NCBI GenBank assembly: GCA_963677895.2
Contig: CAXXGJ010000018.1
Coordinates: 160,001-224,000 of the forward strand
Direction: 5' to 3'
From: Treponemataceae bacterium
GTDB taxonomy: Bacteria > Spirochaetota > Spirochaetia > Treponematales > Rectinemataceae
DNA length: 64,000 bases
Part shown: piece after piece, positions 48,686 through 59,435 of the stretch
Numbering within the stretch: position 1 is the stretch's first letter
Layout of the letters: every line of letters begins with the position of its first letter
Notes under the pieces: model-generated
What the model was told of the DNA's origin: nothing
The model's database searches: none
What the model saw: only the letters and a program-made list of their open reading frames with translations
Made by a program: the position numbers and the translations under genes

Positions 48686-49708
48686 TCATCGGGAGATGGA
48701 GGTCAATTCCATTTCGAAGACGAGGAAGGCATCCGCGGGAATCACGCCGCTTATGCCGGACGAGCCGTAGGCCAGCTCGGGCGGAATGACGACGAGCCTT
48801 TTTTCGCCCTTGCGCATCGTGGACACGACCTTGTCCCAGCCTTCGATTATTTCGCCCGTTCCGACGCGGAACTTGAAGGGGCCGCCCGCGAGGGCGGACT
48901 GGTCGAAAACGGTGCCGTCGAGCAGCATGCCTTTGTAGATCACCGAGACGGTATCTCCCTTGGCTGGCACATCGCCAAAACCTTTGCGGATTACCTTCTG
49001 GAATATGCCGTACTCGTCCTTGACCGCGTCGGGCCATTTGGCGGAGATGGCCGCCATATCCGATGCCTGTTTGGCCTGGGCGGCGGATCGAAGCGCGGCG
49101 TAGGAGGCGCTGAGTCTCTCGTCCCAGGCTTTTTGAGAAACATCGAAAGCCTTGGCTTTAGCGCCCACGCGCTCGATGCGAACCTTTTTAATCGCGTCGC
49201 CCACGGCGATGGTGTTTACGATATCCATGCCTTCCACAACCTTGCCGAATACGGAGTGTTTTCCGTCCAGCCAGGCCGCGTCGCCGAGGGTAATGAAAAA
49301 CTGGCTTCCATTCGTGTTGGGACCGGCATTGGCCATGGAAACCACGCCAGGGCCTACATGTTTAAGCTCGGGGGAAAATTCGTCGGGGAATTTATAGCCG
49401 GGACCGCCGGAACCGTTGCCGAGGGGATCTCCGCCCTGGATGACGAATCCGGGTTCCACCCTATGGAAGGTGATGCCGTCGTAATATGGTTTGCCCTTGC
49501 TGGCGTCGAGCTTGCCTTCGGCGAGTCCCACGAAGTTTCCGACCGTGAGTGGCGTCTTCTCGAATTCGAGGGAGAGCACGATCTCTCCTTTCGTCGTCTC
49601 GAGGACGGCGTAGAGTCCGTCGGGCCTTTCGCTGGTCTGGCAGGAGACCATGCTCGTGGCCGCCGACAGGAAGGCCAGAGCGAGTATCAGTTTATGTATT
49701 CGTTTCAT
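48686..49708 (-). CDS. Dual-family peptidyl-prolyl isomerase lipoprotein (cyclophilin + FKBP)
   Basis: Lipobox [19 protein letters not shown] and [17 protein letters not shown] (cyclophilin); [18 protein letters not shown] and IPPELAYG (FKBP). Confidence 0.92.
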   Translation of the reverse strand: MKRIHKLILALAFLSAATSMVSCQTSERPDGLYAVLETTKGEIVLSLEFEKTPLTVGNFVGLAEGKLDASKGKPYYDGITFHRVEPGFVIQGGDPLGNGSGGPGYKFPDEFSPELKHVGPGVVSMANAGPNTNGSQFFITLGDAAWLDGKHSVFGKVVEGMDIVNTIAVGDAIKKVRIERVGAKAKAFDVSQKAWDERLSASYAALRSAAQAKQASDMAAISAKWPDAVKDEYGIFQKVIRKGFGDVPAKGDTVSVIYKGMLLDGTVFDQSALAGGPFKFRVGTGEIIEGWDKVVSTMRKGEKRLVVIPPELAYGSSGISGVIPADAFLVFEMELTSISR

Positions 49709-49846
49709 TCTTTCCTCCGGGTAAACCAGCGTTACCATATCAGAAACGCCGCGCCGATGAAAGATCCATCCCGGCTATTTCTTCACGGCTCTTGACGACG
49801 GAAAGCGCGCGGGCAATGATGGCTTAAGGAAAAGCAAGGAGCTGAA

Positions 49847-50338
49847 ATGGCGGAAATGGAATACAAGAGACCCACCTGGGACGAATACTTCATGGAAGTC
49901 TGCAATGCCATAGCCAAGCGAGCGACCTGCGACCGGGGAAGGTCTGGCTGCGTCATCGCCAAGGACAATCAGATACTGGCCACCGGCTATGTGGGAGCTC
50001 CCAGCGGACTGCCGCATTGCGACGAAGCAGGCCATCAGCTCAAGAAGCTCATCCATGAGGACGGAACGGTTACCCAGCATTGCGTCCGTACCGTGCATGC
50101 CGAACAGAACGCCATCTGCCAGGCCGCGCGCAGGGGGGCCGCCATACAGGGCGCCACGCTTTACTGCCGCATGACTCCCTGCCGGACCTGCGCCATGATG
50201 ATCATCAACTGCGGCATCGTGCGTGTCATTTGCGAGCGGCGATATCACGACGGAGCCGAGAGCGAAGAGATGTTCAAGACGGCCGGCGTGGCCTTGGAGT
50301 ATGTATTCGACGAAGTCCAGAAGTATAAAAACCAGTAA
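49847..50338 (+). CDS. dCMP deaminase (ComEB family)
   Basis: RPTWDEYFM, HAEQNA and PCRTC motifs. Confidence 0.92.
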   Translation: MAEMEYKRPTWDEYFMEVCNAIAKRATCDRGRSGCVIAKDNQILATGYVGAPSGLPHCDEAGHQLKKLIHEDGTVTQHCVRTVHAEQNAICQAARRGAAIQGATLYCRMTPCRTCAMMIINCGIVRVICERRYHDGAESEEMFKTAGVALEYVFDEVQKYKNQ

Positions 50339-50421
50339 GTGGAGCCGCCCGCCGCCGCGTCTCTTCCGCCCGCGGATCTCCTGATTGCATAAAACCTTCG
50401 CTTGCCTGTAAAGTACGGAAC

Positions 50422-51255
50422 GTGAGCATCAACGTAGTTTTCATCGGCGAGATCGTGGGCAAGAGCGGCGTCTTCGCCCTCAAGTCCACCTTGCCCGAGA
50501 TAAAGGCCAGATATAAGCCCGATTTCATCATCGCCGACGCCGATTCCGCGACCGGCGGCGCCGGACTCGGCGTGCAGCATGCCGTCTATCTCCGCAAGTT
50601 GGGCATCGACTGCCTCACCGTCGGCGATTGCGCCTACTACAAGATCGACATGACCGAATTCTATCCGAAAGCCGGCTGGGTGCTGCGCCCGGCCAACTAT
50701 CCTTATGAGAATCCCGGAAGAGGATGGAAGATCTTCCAGACTCCGGTCGGCAAGATCGCCGTCGTTTCGCTCTTGGGGCAGGCGGGTTTCCCTCGCGTGC
50801 ATCTGGAGAATCCCTTTCCCGCGATCGATCAGATAATCGACAGGATAGCCGCCGACACGAAGGCCATCGTCGTGGATTTCCACGCCTCGACGACGGCGGA
50901 AAAGCTCACGCTTTCCAGCTATGTCGACGGCAGGGTATCGGCGGTCGTGGGGAGCCACTGCAAGGCGCTTACGGCAGACGCTCGTTTGATGAAAAATGGT
51001 ACGGCGGCGATTACCGATTGCGGCCGAACCGGCAGTATATTATCCGTTGGGGGCATGAATCCCGATGCCCGCGTAAAGGAATTCATGACAGCGGTCCGCG
51101 TATGGGAAGGCGACGGGACTCTTGGACTGGAAGTTCAAGGCTGCTTTTTCCGCATAGGCGATTCGGGCAAGGCCGAACGCATGGAAAGCTTCAGGATTCC
51201 CTGCAAGGAGACGATCGATGAAAGAAATGGCAACGGTCAAGAAGATAAACGGTAA
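50422..51255 (+). CDS. YmdB-like metallophosphoesterase with substituted metal ligands
   Basis: LRPANYP, PGRG, DFHA, EK and TDCG scaffold; canonical D/N/H ligands replaced. Confidence 0.85.
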   Translation: MSINVVFIGEIVGKSGVFALKSTLPEIKARYKPDFIIADADSATGGAGLGVQHAVYLRKLGIDCLTVGDCAYYKIDMTEFYPKAGWVLRPANYPYENPGRGWKIFQTPVGKIAVVSLLGQAGFPRVHLENPFPAIDQIIDRIAADTKAIVVDFHASTTAEKLTLSSYVDGRVSAVVGSHCKALTADARLMKNGTAAITDCGRTGSILSVGGMNPDARVKEFMTAVRVWEGDGTLGLEVQGCFFRIGDSGKAERMESFRIPCKETIDERNGNGQEDKR

Positions 51256-51625
51256 GTTAGTCCATGTCTCCATAGCGATGCATGACGGCTGCGCTTCCTG
51301 CATCAACAACAGCTGCAAGAATGGACGCAGCGACCTCCAGAGCTACAATGCCCATGGCATCGACGTGATTGAAGGCGACGAGGTGGAGATCGAGATTTCC
51401 GGATCCGAACAGGCCAAAGGCGCTTTTTGGATCCTCGGCCTGCCGCTTATCGCCTTGTTTGCGGGTTATGGCCTCGGCCGTCTCTTTTTTCCCACGACTA
51501 CCGAAGGTCCGGCCGTGATCTCCGCGGGCGTGTTTTTCGTATTGACGCTCGGCGCGGGCGCCCTGCTGCAGAAAAGCAGGAAATTCGACTCGCTCCCCGT
51601 GATCATAAGGAAATGCGGCGCCTGA
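51218..51625 (+). CDS. RseC/MucC family membrane protein
   Basis: CASCINNSC, GDEVEI and two C-terminal TM helices. Confidence 0.75.
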   Translation: MKEMATVKKINGKLVHVSIAMHDGCASCINNSCKNGRSDLQSYNAHGIDVIEGDEVEIEISGSEQAKGAFWILGLPLIALFAGYGLGRLFFPTTTEGPAVISAGVFFVLTLGAGALLQKSRKFDSLPVIIRKCGA

Positions 51626-51741
51626 TAATGTGTTTCTCCCTCTAGAAATCTGCGTTTGACTCCTGCCCTGATCGGTGAAATAATAAAAACGCCAGCGTTG
51701 CTGGTGTTTTTAGACATCGTGGGGCACATGGAGATAGACGG

Positions 51742-53565
51742 ATGAAACGATCATTTTCTTTCTGTCTTGCCGCAGTACTGCTTCTTGCCGCAACAGTAGC
51801 GGGCGCGGCGCCGAAGTCCGAGGATTATTTCGCGGTATACGCGGGAGAGCTTACGACACTCAATTATCTCGTCGTAGCCGCCGAAAACGAGCATTCCGTC
51901 ATCGCGAACATCGTCGATGGGCTCGTTGAATATGACAAGTATGGCGTCCTCGTCCCCTCACTCGCCACCGATTGGAAAAACTCCCCCGATGGCAAAACCT
52001 GGACCTTCACGCTTCGCAAGGGCGTAAAATGGGTGGACAACAAAGGCAAGGATTATGCCGAGGTAGTCGCTCAGGACTGGGTCGATGCGGCCAAGTATCT
52101 CTTCAACAAGAAAAACGCTTCCCTCACGGCGAAGATAGCCTACGATGTCCTCAAGAACGCCAAGGCTTATTTTGACGGTACCTTGACCGATTTCGGCCAG
52201 GTTGGCGTCAAGGCGCTCGATAAATATACGGTGCAGTACACGCTGGAGAAGCCCGTTCCCTATTTCCTCAGCATGCTCACCTATGTCTGCTTCCTGCCCG
52301 TCAACGGCCAGTTCCTGGAGAAGACCGGAACGAGGTTCGGCACCGACAACAAGAATGTTCTCTACAACGGCGCCTACATACTCGACACCTTCGAGCCCCA
52401 AGTCGGGCGAACCCTTGTGCGCAACGACAAATACTGGGACAAGGACCATGTCTTCATCAGAAGACTATCCTATAAATACAACAAGGAAGCGAGCACCCTC
52501 GGACCCGAGCTCTTCCTGCGCGGCGAAATCTCGTCAGTGGCTGTTCCGAGCTCCCTCATCGATACCTGGATGAAAGATCCGGCCAAGAAAGCCATCGTGC
52601 GTCCGGCGGAAACATCTTCCTATACCTATTTCTACACCTTTAACTTCAACCCGAATTTCGATGCTCAGTATGAGCCCGACAACTGGAAGCTGGCCGTCAA
52701 CAACAAGAATTTCCGCAAGTCGCTTTTCCATGCCCTGGACAGGCGCGCCGCCATGATCACCGCCGAGCCGTACGCGCCCGAGCGGAGACTTCAGAACACG
52801 ATCACGCCGCGCAACTTCGTCAACGCTTCCGGCAAAGACTTTGTCGATATGGGCGATCTGTCGAAGTATTCCAAGACAGATTCCTTCAACAAGACGCTCG
52901 CCGTCGAATTCAAGGCGAAAACCTTGGCCGAACTCGCCGGCAAGGCGAAATTCCCCGTCAAGATCATGATGCCCTACAATGCCGGGGCTACAGACTGGAC
53001 CAACAGAGTTCAGGTTGTCGAGCAGCAGCTGGAGAATCTCCTCGGCAAGGACTACATTGATGTGGTTCCCGTATCCTTCCCCGCCACTGGATTCCTCGGC
53101 GCCACCCGCCGGAAAGGCAACTATGCCATCCAGGAATGCAACTGGGGTCCTGACTACGCCGATCCGGAAACCTACACCGATCCTTTCATTACCGGCTCGA
53201 ACTACAACTGGCCGGAGATGGCTGTTGGATATGCGCAGGCGAACGGCAAGACCGCCTATGAAAACATGGTGGACGCGGCCAAGGCGGAAACCGTCAACAT
53301 CGCGAAGCGCTATGACCTCTTCGCCAAGGCCGAAGCCTATTTCATCGGCGAAGCCTTTGTCATTCCCTACGCGATCGGCGGCGGCGGATTCACCGCATCC
53401 AAACTCGAACCTTTCTCATATCCATTTGCGCCCTTCGGCATGTCCTATCTGAAATTCAAGGGACAGACGGTCATGCAGAAGCCGCTCTCCACGGAAGCCT
53501 ACAACAAGATGAAGGCGACTTGGGACGAGGAACGAGAGGAAGCCCTCCAGAAGTCCAAGTTCTGA
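51742..53565 (+). CDS. oppA: Oligopeptide ABC transporter substrate-binding protein
   Basis: DGLVEYD, WTFTLRKGVKW, YNGAY and WGPDYADPETY motifs. Confidence 0.9.
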   Translation: MKRSFSFCLAAVLLLAATVAGAAPKSEDYFAVYAGELTTLNYLVVAAENEHSVIANIVDGLVEYDKYGVLVPSLATDWKNSPDGKTWTFTLRKGVKWVDNKGKDYAEVVAQDWVDAAKYLFNKKNASLTAKIAYDVLKNAKAYFDGTLTDFGQVGVKALDKYTVQYTLEKPVPYFLSMLTYVCFLPVNGQFLEKTGTRFGTDNKNVLYNGAYILDTFEPQVGRTLVRNDKYWDKDHVFIRRLSYKYNKEASTLGPELFLRGEISSVAVPSSLIDTWMKDPAKKAIVRPAETSSYTYFYTFNFNPNFDAQYEPDNWKLAVNNKNFRKSLFHALDRRAAMITAEPYAPERRLQNTITPRNFVNASGKDFVDMGDLSKYSKTDSFNKTLAVEFKAKTLAELAGKAKFPVKIMMPYNAGATDWTNRVQVVEQQLENLLGKDYIDVVPVSFPATGFLGATRRKGNYAIQECNWGPDYADPETYTDPFITGSNYNWPEMAVGYAQANGKTAYENMVDAAKAETVNIAKRYDLFAKAEAYFIGEAFVIPYAIGGGGFTASKLEPFSYPFAPFGMSYLKFKGQTVMQKPLSTEAYNKMKATWDEEREEALQKSKF

Positions 53566-53588
53566 GACAACATCGTTCATGTTTCGCG

Positions 53589-53628
53589 ATCGCGGCGCAG
53601 ACTGGGGAAGCCCGGTCCGCGCCGCGAT
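53589..53628 (+). other. Stem-loop between oppA and oppB (likely mRNA stabiliser)
   Basis: ATCGCGGCGCAGACTGGG-gaag-CCCGGTCCGCGCCGCGAT. Confidence 0.6.
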
Positions 53629-53647
53629 GTGCGGCCGCGGGGAATCA

Positions 53648-54592
53648 ATGTTCAGATATATCCTGAAACGCTTTTCTCAGTCCTTCGTCACCCTTTTCAT
53701 TGTAGTGACCGTCGTGTTCATGCTGATGCGCCTTCTCCCGCTGGAAGGATATTTCGGCGATGGCTACGACAAACTTTCCGAGGAGCAGAAGGTCGCCGCC
53801 CTCGACCGCATGGGCTTGCTCGATCCCTGGTATGTCCAGCTGGGCAATTTTTACGTGAAACTCTCGCGGGGCGATTTGGGCACTTCCATAATCTATCGAC
53901 GTGACGTGCCGGTTACCGAAGTAATAGCCCCGCGAATTCCCTATTCCATGTATTTCGGGATTTTCGCCACCCTTCTGGCGTTGATCGCGGGCCTTTCCCT
54001 GGGCGTATTCATGGCACGGAAGAAAGGGCAGGTCCTGGACAAGGCCGGTACCGCTTACATCGTGCTGATAAACGCGATGCCATCGGCCGTCTATCTCCTC
54101 TTTATACAGTTATACGGCACCAGTCTCTTCAATCTTCCCATTCTTTTCGATAAATACCGCGTAAAAAGCTGGATACTGCCGGCCATTTCCCTGTCGTTAG
54201 GCGGCATTGCTGGGTACGCGATGTGGATACGGCGTTATATGGTCGACGAACTCAACAAGGATTACATAAAGCTCGCCAGGGCAAAGGGGCTGCCAGAAAA
54301 GCTCATCATGGTGCGCCACGTTATGCGAAACGCCTTCGTCCCCATGGCCCAGTACCTCCCCGCCGCGATACTTTCGACTATTTCCGGCTCGATCTATATC
54401 GAATCGCTTTATTCCATTCCCGGCATGGGCGGACTTCTTGTCGATGTCATTCAACGTCAGGACAACCCCATGGTCCAGGCTCTCGTCCTCATTTTCTCCT
54501 CAGTGGGAATCATCGGTCTGTTTCTCGGCGATATTCTCATGGCGATATTCGATCCGAGGATAAAACTCGTAAAAGGGGAGGGCTCGCGATGA
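53648..54592 (+). CDS. oppB: Oligopeptide ABC transporter permease
   Basis: DYIKLARAKGL, HVMRNA and DPRI motifs. Confidence 0.92.
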   Translation: MFRYILKRFSQSFVTLFIVVTVVFMLMRLLPLEGYFGDGYDKLSEEQKVAALDRMGLLDPWYVQLGNFYVKLSRGDLGTSIIYRRDVPVTEVIAPRIPYSMYFGIFATLLALIAGLSLGVFMARKKGQVLDKAGTAYIVLINAMPSAVYLLFIQLYGTSLFNLPILFDKYRVKSWILPAISLSLGGIAGYAMWIRRYMVDELNKDYIKLARAKGLPEKLIMVRHVMRNAFVPMAQYLPAAILSTISGSIYIESLYSIPGMGGLLVDVIQRQDNPMVQALVLIFSSVGIIGLFLGDILMAIFDPRIKLVKGEGSR

Positions 54593-55521
54593 GCGACTCG
54601 CTTTTCGAATTCGCCGACTTCGATGAAAACGCCTCGGAACGTATAGGATATTCCGATTACTCGTATTGGCGGTCCACCGTAAAGGTTTTTCTCAAGAATC
54701 GGATCGCCGTTATCCTCCTTGTCGTGCTTTCTATATTGCTTATATTCACGTTCATCCAGCCCCTCATCCCCGGGCAGAATTCACCCACCAAGATTCATAT
54801 CGACCCCGCCACGAGCGTGCAGATGCGCAATCGCCTGCCGGATGCCACTTTTTGGTTCGGGACCAACTCCATAGGCCAGGATCTTTGGGCGCGCATCTGG
54901 AGCGGCACGAGGACAAGCCTTCTCATCGGGCTCATCGTCGGATTCTTCGAGATGCTGGTGGGCATAACGTATGGAGCCCTTTGGGGCTACGTGCGCAAGC
55001 TCGACAGGGTTATGACGGAAGTGTACAACGTTCTCAACAATATTCCCACGACGATCATCCTGCTGCTGATGGCCTATATTCTCCGGCCCGGATTCAAGAC
55101 CATGATCATAGCGATGTGCATCACGGGCTGGCTGGGGCTTGCCCGCTTCGTGCGCAACCAGATCGTCATCATAAGGGACAGGGAATACAACCTCGCGTCG
55201 CGCTGCCTTGGAACGCCAGCTGGCCGGGTGATAAGCCGGAATCTGTTGCCCTATCTCGTGTCGGTGATAATGCTGCAGACGGCCCTCTCCATCCCCGGGA
55301 CCATCGGCTGGGAAGTGTTCCTCACCTACATCGGCCTCGGACTGCCCGTGAGCATTCCCTCCCTTGGAAACCTGGTCAACGAAGGCAGGCTCATAATGAT
55401 GTCGCCCGAATTAAGGTACCAGCTGATATTCCCCACGATCGTGCTGTCCATCATTACCATATCCTTCTATGTTCTCGGCAACGCCTTCGCCGACGCGTCC
55501 GATCCGCGCAACCATGTGTAG
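54589..55521 (+). CDS. oppC: Oligopeptide ABC transporter permease
   Basis: WFGTNSIGQD, REYNLASRCLG and DPR motifs; ATGA overlap with oppB. Confidence 0.92.
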   Translation: MSDSLFEFADFDENASERIGYSDYSYWRSTVKVFLKNRIAVILLVVLSILLIFTFIQPLIPGQNSPTKIHIDPATSVQMRNRLPDATFWFGTNSIGQDLWARIWSGTRTSLLIGLIVGFFEMLVGITYGALWGYVRKLDRVMTEVYNVLNNIPTTIILLLMAYILRPGFKTMIIAMCITGWLGLARFVRNQIVIIRDREYNLASRCLGTPAGRVISRNLLPYLVSVIMLQTALSIPGTIGWEVFLTYIGLGLPVSIPSLGNLVNEGRLIMMSPELRYQLIFPTIVLSIITISFYVLGNAFADASDPRNHV

Positions 55522-55527
55522 GGGCAG

Positions 55528-56604
55528 GTGATGGAAAAAATAGCGGTGGAAAAAATCCTCGACGTGAAAGATATAGTCATTAAGTTCAACTTGAGGGGAC
55601 AGGTCCTCACCGCGATCCGCGGGACCAGTCTCGATGTCAGGAAAGGCGAGACCATCGCCATCGTCGGCGAATCCGGTTCGGGAAAATCCGTGCTCACGAA
55701 ATCCTTCATCGGCATGTTGGATAAGAACGGCTGGGTGGATTCGGGGTCCATCCTCTTCGAAGGCGAAGATCTCGCGAAGTACCGCGGCGAAAAGCCCTGG
55801 CTCTCGATAAGGGGCAAAAAGATATCCATGGTCTTTCAGGATCCGATGACCTCGCTCAACCCGCTCCGCACGGTAGGCTCGCAGATCGGCGAAGTCTACG
55901 CCCTGCACCGCGGCTTCAACGCCAAAAAAGCCGAGGCGGCGGCGGTGGAGATGCTGAATCGGGTGGGCATTCCCGACGCCGACAAGCGCCACAAGCAGTT
56001 TCCTCATGAATTCTCGGGCGGCATGCGGCAGCGCGTAGTCATCGCCATCGCCATGGCATGCGAACCGCGCATTCTCATCTGCGACGAGCCTACTACGGCC
56101 CTCGATGTGACCATCCAGGCCCAGATACTGGATCTTATCCGCTCCCTTCAGGCCGAGTTCGGCTTCACGACCATCTACATCACCCACGACCTGGGTGTGG
56201 TGGCCAACGTCGCCGACAGGGTGGCGGTGATGTACGCCGGGAAAATCGTGGAATGCGGGCAGGCTGAGGAAGTTTTCTACGATCCGCGCCATCCTTATAC
56301 ATGGGCCCTGCTTTCATCGCTGCCCCAGCTGGGAATCAAGGGGAAGCCTCTCTTTTCCATAAAGGGAACTCCTCCGAGCCTCTTCAAGGAAATAAAAGGC
56401 GACGCTTTCGCGGCGCGCAATCCCTATGCGCTCAAGATCGATTTCGTGCAGGAACCGCCCCGTTTCGAGGTGAGCCCCAGCCACTGGGCTTCCACCTGGC
56501 TGCTCGATCCCCGCGCGCCCAGGGTGGAACCCCCCGAAATCATCAGGCACTTGCAGGAATCCTGGCAGGTTCAGAACGCGTGGCTTTCGGGTTCCAAGGC
56601 CTGA
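55528..56604 (+). CDS. oppD: Oligopeptide ABC transporter ATP-binding protein
   Basis: [26 protein letters not shown] and HPYT motifs. Confidence 0.93.
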   Translation: MMEKIAVEKILDVKDIVIKFNLRGQVLTAIRGTSLDVRKGETIAIVGESGSGKSVLTKSFIGMLDKNGWVDSGSILFEGEDLAKYRGEKPWLSIRGKKISMVFQDPMTSLNPLRTVGSQIGEVYALHRGFNAKKAEAAAVEMLNRVGIPDADKRHKQFPHEFSGGMRQRVVIAIAMACEPRILICDEPTTALDVTIQAQILDLIRSLQAEFGFTTIYITHDLGVVANVADRVAVMYAGKIVECGQAEEVFYDPRHPYTWALLSSLPQLGIKGKPLFSIKGTPPSLFKEIKGDAFAARNPYALKIDFVQEPPRFEVSPSHWASTWLLDPRAPRVEPPEIIRHLQESWQVQNAWLSGSKA

Positions 56605-56627
56605 GCGCGCAAACGAGGAAAGATACG

Positions 56628-57557
56628 ATGGAACGCGAGAAAATACTGGAAGTGAAAGACCTATCGGTCGATTTCAAGGTGAAGGGCGGTAGCTTCCGCG
56701 CCGTCGACAAGGTCAATTTTTTCATATACAAGGGCGAAACCTTCGGTCTCGTCGGGGAATCGGGATCCGGAAAGACAACCATCGGCCGGGCGATCGTGAG
56801 GATAAACGAAGCGAGCGGCGGGGAAATTCTCTTCAAGGGAAGGAATATCAACGGTCGCATAACGCCTGAACTGGACCGTGAAGTAGTCCAGAAAATACAG
56901 ATGATTTTCCAGGATCCGATGGCGTCGCTCAACGAGAGGGCGAAGATAGACTATATCGTTTCGGAAGGCCTGTACAATATCCATGGATTTTCGAGCGAAA
57001 AGGAGAGAATGGAGCTCGTCCAGAAGGCTCTTCTCGAAGTGGGCCTTCTGCCCGAGTTCGCAAGCCGTTTTCCCCATGAGTTCTCAGGCGGCCAACGTCA
57101 GCGGATCGGCATCGCCCGCGCCCTCATTATGTCGCCTGAGTTCATCATCGCCGACGAACCCATCTCCGCGCTGGACGTTTCGATCAGAGCCCAGGTGCTC
57201 AATCTCCTCTCACAGATCCAGAAGACCAAGGGGCTGTCGCTGATGTTCATAGCGCACGATCTCTCGGTTGTGCGATTTATAACCGACAGGATAGCCGTCA
57301 TCCATCTGGGCAAGATCGTGGAACTCGGCGAGACCGAGGAAATATTCTCCAAACCGCTCCACCCCTACACGAAGGCGCTGCTCTCCGCCGTTCCCCTGCC
57401 GGATCCACGGCGCGAGAAGGGCAAGAAATCGACGCCTTACGACCAATCGTGCCACGACTACAGCGATGAACAGCCCAGCTGGCGTGAAGCCCTGCCCGGG
57501 CATTTCGTGTACGGGAACGGGGAAGAGACGGAGGACTGGACGAGGCGCTACCGGTGA
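56628..57557 (+). CDS. oppF: Oligopeptide ABC transporter ATP-binding protein
   Basis: [21 protein letters not shown] and [10 protein letters not shown] motifs; GAGGA RBS before ATG at 56628. Confidence 0.93.
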   Translation: MEREKILEVKDLSVDFKVKGGSFRAVDKVNFFIYKGETFGLVGESGSGKTTIGRAIVRINEASGGEILFKGRNINGRITPELDREVVQKIQMIFQDPMASLNERAKIDYIVSEGLYNIHGFSSEKERMELVQKALLEVGLLPEFASRFPHEFSGGQRQRIGIARALIMSPEFIIADEPISALDVSIRAQVLNLLSQIQKTKGLSLMFIAHDLSVVRFITDRIAVIHLGKIVELGETEEIFSKPLHPYTKALLSAVPLPDPRREKGKKSTPYDQSCHDYSDEQPSWREALPGHFVYGNGEETEDWTRRYR

Positions 57558-57561
57558 GAGA

Positions 57562-57927
57562 TCAGAAATTCGCGCCTATCCCAAAGCCGAAATAAAGGAC
57601 AAGGGAAGCCAAGGCGAGGAAGACGGAAGCGGCCAGCAGGACGCGGCGGCTTCGTTTGGATGAAAGGTTGGGCGGCGTATCCTGCCCGCGGCGTTTCAAG
57701 AACGAGTCGTCGCGGAGATAGAGCAGCCAAGCGACGAGAAGATAGAAGCCCATGACAGCGACGGCGAGCCATTCCACATAGTACGGTTTGCCCAGAAGCT
57801 TGAGGCCGATGAGGAAACTGGCCGCCAGCCCCAAGCTTCCCAAGCCCAGTCCCATGGCCGCGTCCTTCAATAGCGGACGTTTTGGGCGCGTTCCGTTTTC
57901 GATTGTTTTTCGATTCATTGAAGGCAT
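57562..57927 (-). CDS. Small three-TM hypothetical membrane protein (start uncertain: 57927 or 57918)
   Basis: Three hydrophobic segments; fills the gap between oppF and the serine hydrolase gene. Confidence 0.7.
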   Translation of the reverse strand: MPSMNRKTIENGTRPKRPLLKDAAMGLGLGSLGLAASFLIGLKLLGKPYYVEWLAVAVMGFYLLVAWLLYLRDDSFLKRRGQDTPPNLSSKRSRRVLLAASVFLALASLVLYFGFGIGANF

Positions 57928-57992
57928 TGTGGGGACTCGAAATCTTCTTGTCAACGCGGCGGAATCCGGAAGATGGAGGCGGGAGGAAGACA

Positions 57993-59435
57993 ATGGAAAG
58001 AGGAGCGGAAAAAGCGGCCGAAGCGGCCGAAGCCTTGCGGGAACTCGGCGAGGCCTGCGGGCGGGTGATGGAATTGCCGGGGAAGCCTCTTTCGGGCCTC
58101 GCCGTCGTCCTGCTTCGGGGCGGCCGCATAGCCTGGGAAGGGTACTTCGGCACGAGACGCTTTGCCGCGGGCGACGGGAAGGTGCGGACGGAAGGGCAGG
58201 GGGGAGCGACAGATCTGCCCGTCGATGAGCGCACGCGGTGGCGCGTCGCCTCAATTTCCAAGCCCACGGCGACGATAGGCGCCATGCGCCTCGTCGAAAA
58301 AGGCTTCCTCGATCTCGATCGCGACATTTCCGATTACCTGGGATTCACGCTGCGCAATCCAGTCTTTCCCGACGAGAAGATCACGACAAGAATGCTCCTC
58401 GGCCATACATCCAGCCTCCGCGATGCGGGTTTCTACTATCCCCCGCTCGGACACAGGCTGGAGGAACTTTTCGCCCCCGATGGCAGATACTTCGATGGTG
58501 GAAAGCACTTTGCCCCGAAAGACCCCCGCGTCGACATGTCGCCCGCTTCGTTTTATTGCTACTGCAACCTGGGGTATGCCATCCTCGGAAGCATCGTGGA
58601 GAAGATCGCGGGCAAACGCTTCGATCTCTACATGCAGGAAGCCGTCTTCGGGCCGCTCGGCATAGACGGCGGGTTCAACGTCAACCTGCTCTCGGATGAG
58701 GGGTTTGCCAACCTTTCGCCCATCTATAGAAAATGCCCGGCCGATAAAGAGTCGGATGATTCCTGGAACGCGATGGGCTCTTGGTATCCGCAGATTGACG
58801 ACTACCGCGGACTCCGTCCGAAGCTTCCGGTCCGAATCCCGGTCGCGGTCGGCACAGGCAGCACAGGCGTCCAGGGCGGCCGCGGCAGCCGGGACTCGGC
58901 AGTCCTGCCTTCGCTTGAAGACTATAGGCTGGGGGAGAATGGCTCGCTTTTTTCGCCCCAAGGCGGCATGCGCATCCGCGCCCGCGATCTCGCGAAAATA
59001 GCGCAGTGCTTCATCGACGGCGGCAAGGTGGATGCGGGTTTTGGCGTCGACGGCGGGACAAAGGCCGCGGAACCGCGATCGGGCGGCATCCGTCTGCTCT
59101 CTGAGATGAGCGTGGACGCTATGATGACCCCAGGCTGGAAGCGACGCGAGGACGGCTCCAACTGCGAGGAAGAATTCAGTCGTACCTATGCGACCGGCAT
59201 CGGATTGATGCGTCCGACCGGCCCGGGGGGGCGGCCCGGCCTATGGGGACACCGCGGCAATGCCTACGGTTTCCTCGGCGGCATGTTCGTCGATCGGAGC
59301 AACCGTTCGGGCTACGTTTATATGATCGGCGGAACGGGGGCCAATCCGGACGCCAACAGGGATGCGCAAAGCGGCCTTACAGTATGGGAAGAAGCGCTCG
59401 GCCGCGCGATCGAAAAGACGCTCAGCTTGATTTGA
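57993..59435 (+). CDS. Serine hydrolase, beta-lactamase/AmpC-like family (cytoplasmic)
   Basis: ASISK (SxxK), LLGHTSSL, YCN and GHRG motifs; GGAGG RBS; no signal peptide. Confidence 0.88.
   Translation: MERGAEKAAEAAEALRELGEACGRVMELPGKPLSGLAVVLLRGGRIAWEGYFGTRRFAAGDGKVRTEGQGGATDLPVDERTRWRVASISKPTATIGAMRLVEKGFLDLDRDISDYLGFTLRNPVFPDEKITTRMLLGHTSSLRDAGFYYPPLGHRLEELFAPDGRYFDGGKHFAPKDPRVDMSPASFYCYCNLGYAILGSIVEKIAGKRFDLYMQEAVFGPLGIDGGFNVNLLSDEGFANLSPIYRKCPADKESDDSWNAMGSWYPQIDDYRGLRPKLPVRIPVAVGTGSTGVQGGRGSRDSAVLPSLEDYRLGENGSLFSPQGGMRIRARDLAKIAQCFIDGGKVDAGFGVDGGTKAAEPRSGGIRLLSEMSVDAMMTPGWKRREDGSNCEEEFSRTYATGIGLMRPTGPGGRPGLWGHRGNAYGFLGGMFVDRSNRSGYVYMIGGTGANPDANRDAQSGLTVWEEALGRAIEKTLSLI

Noticed and set aside
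57993..59435. Antibiotic-resistance beta-lactamase
   Set aside because: No signal peptide, and GHRG rather than KTG; better described as a generic serine hydrolase.
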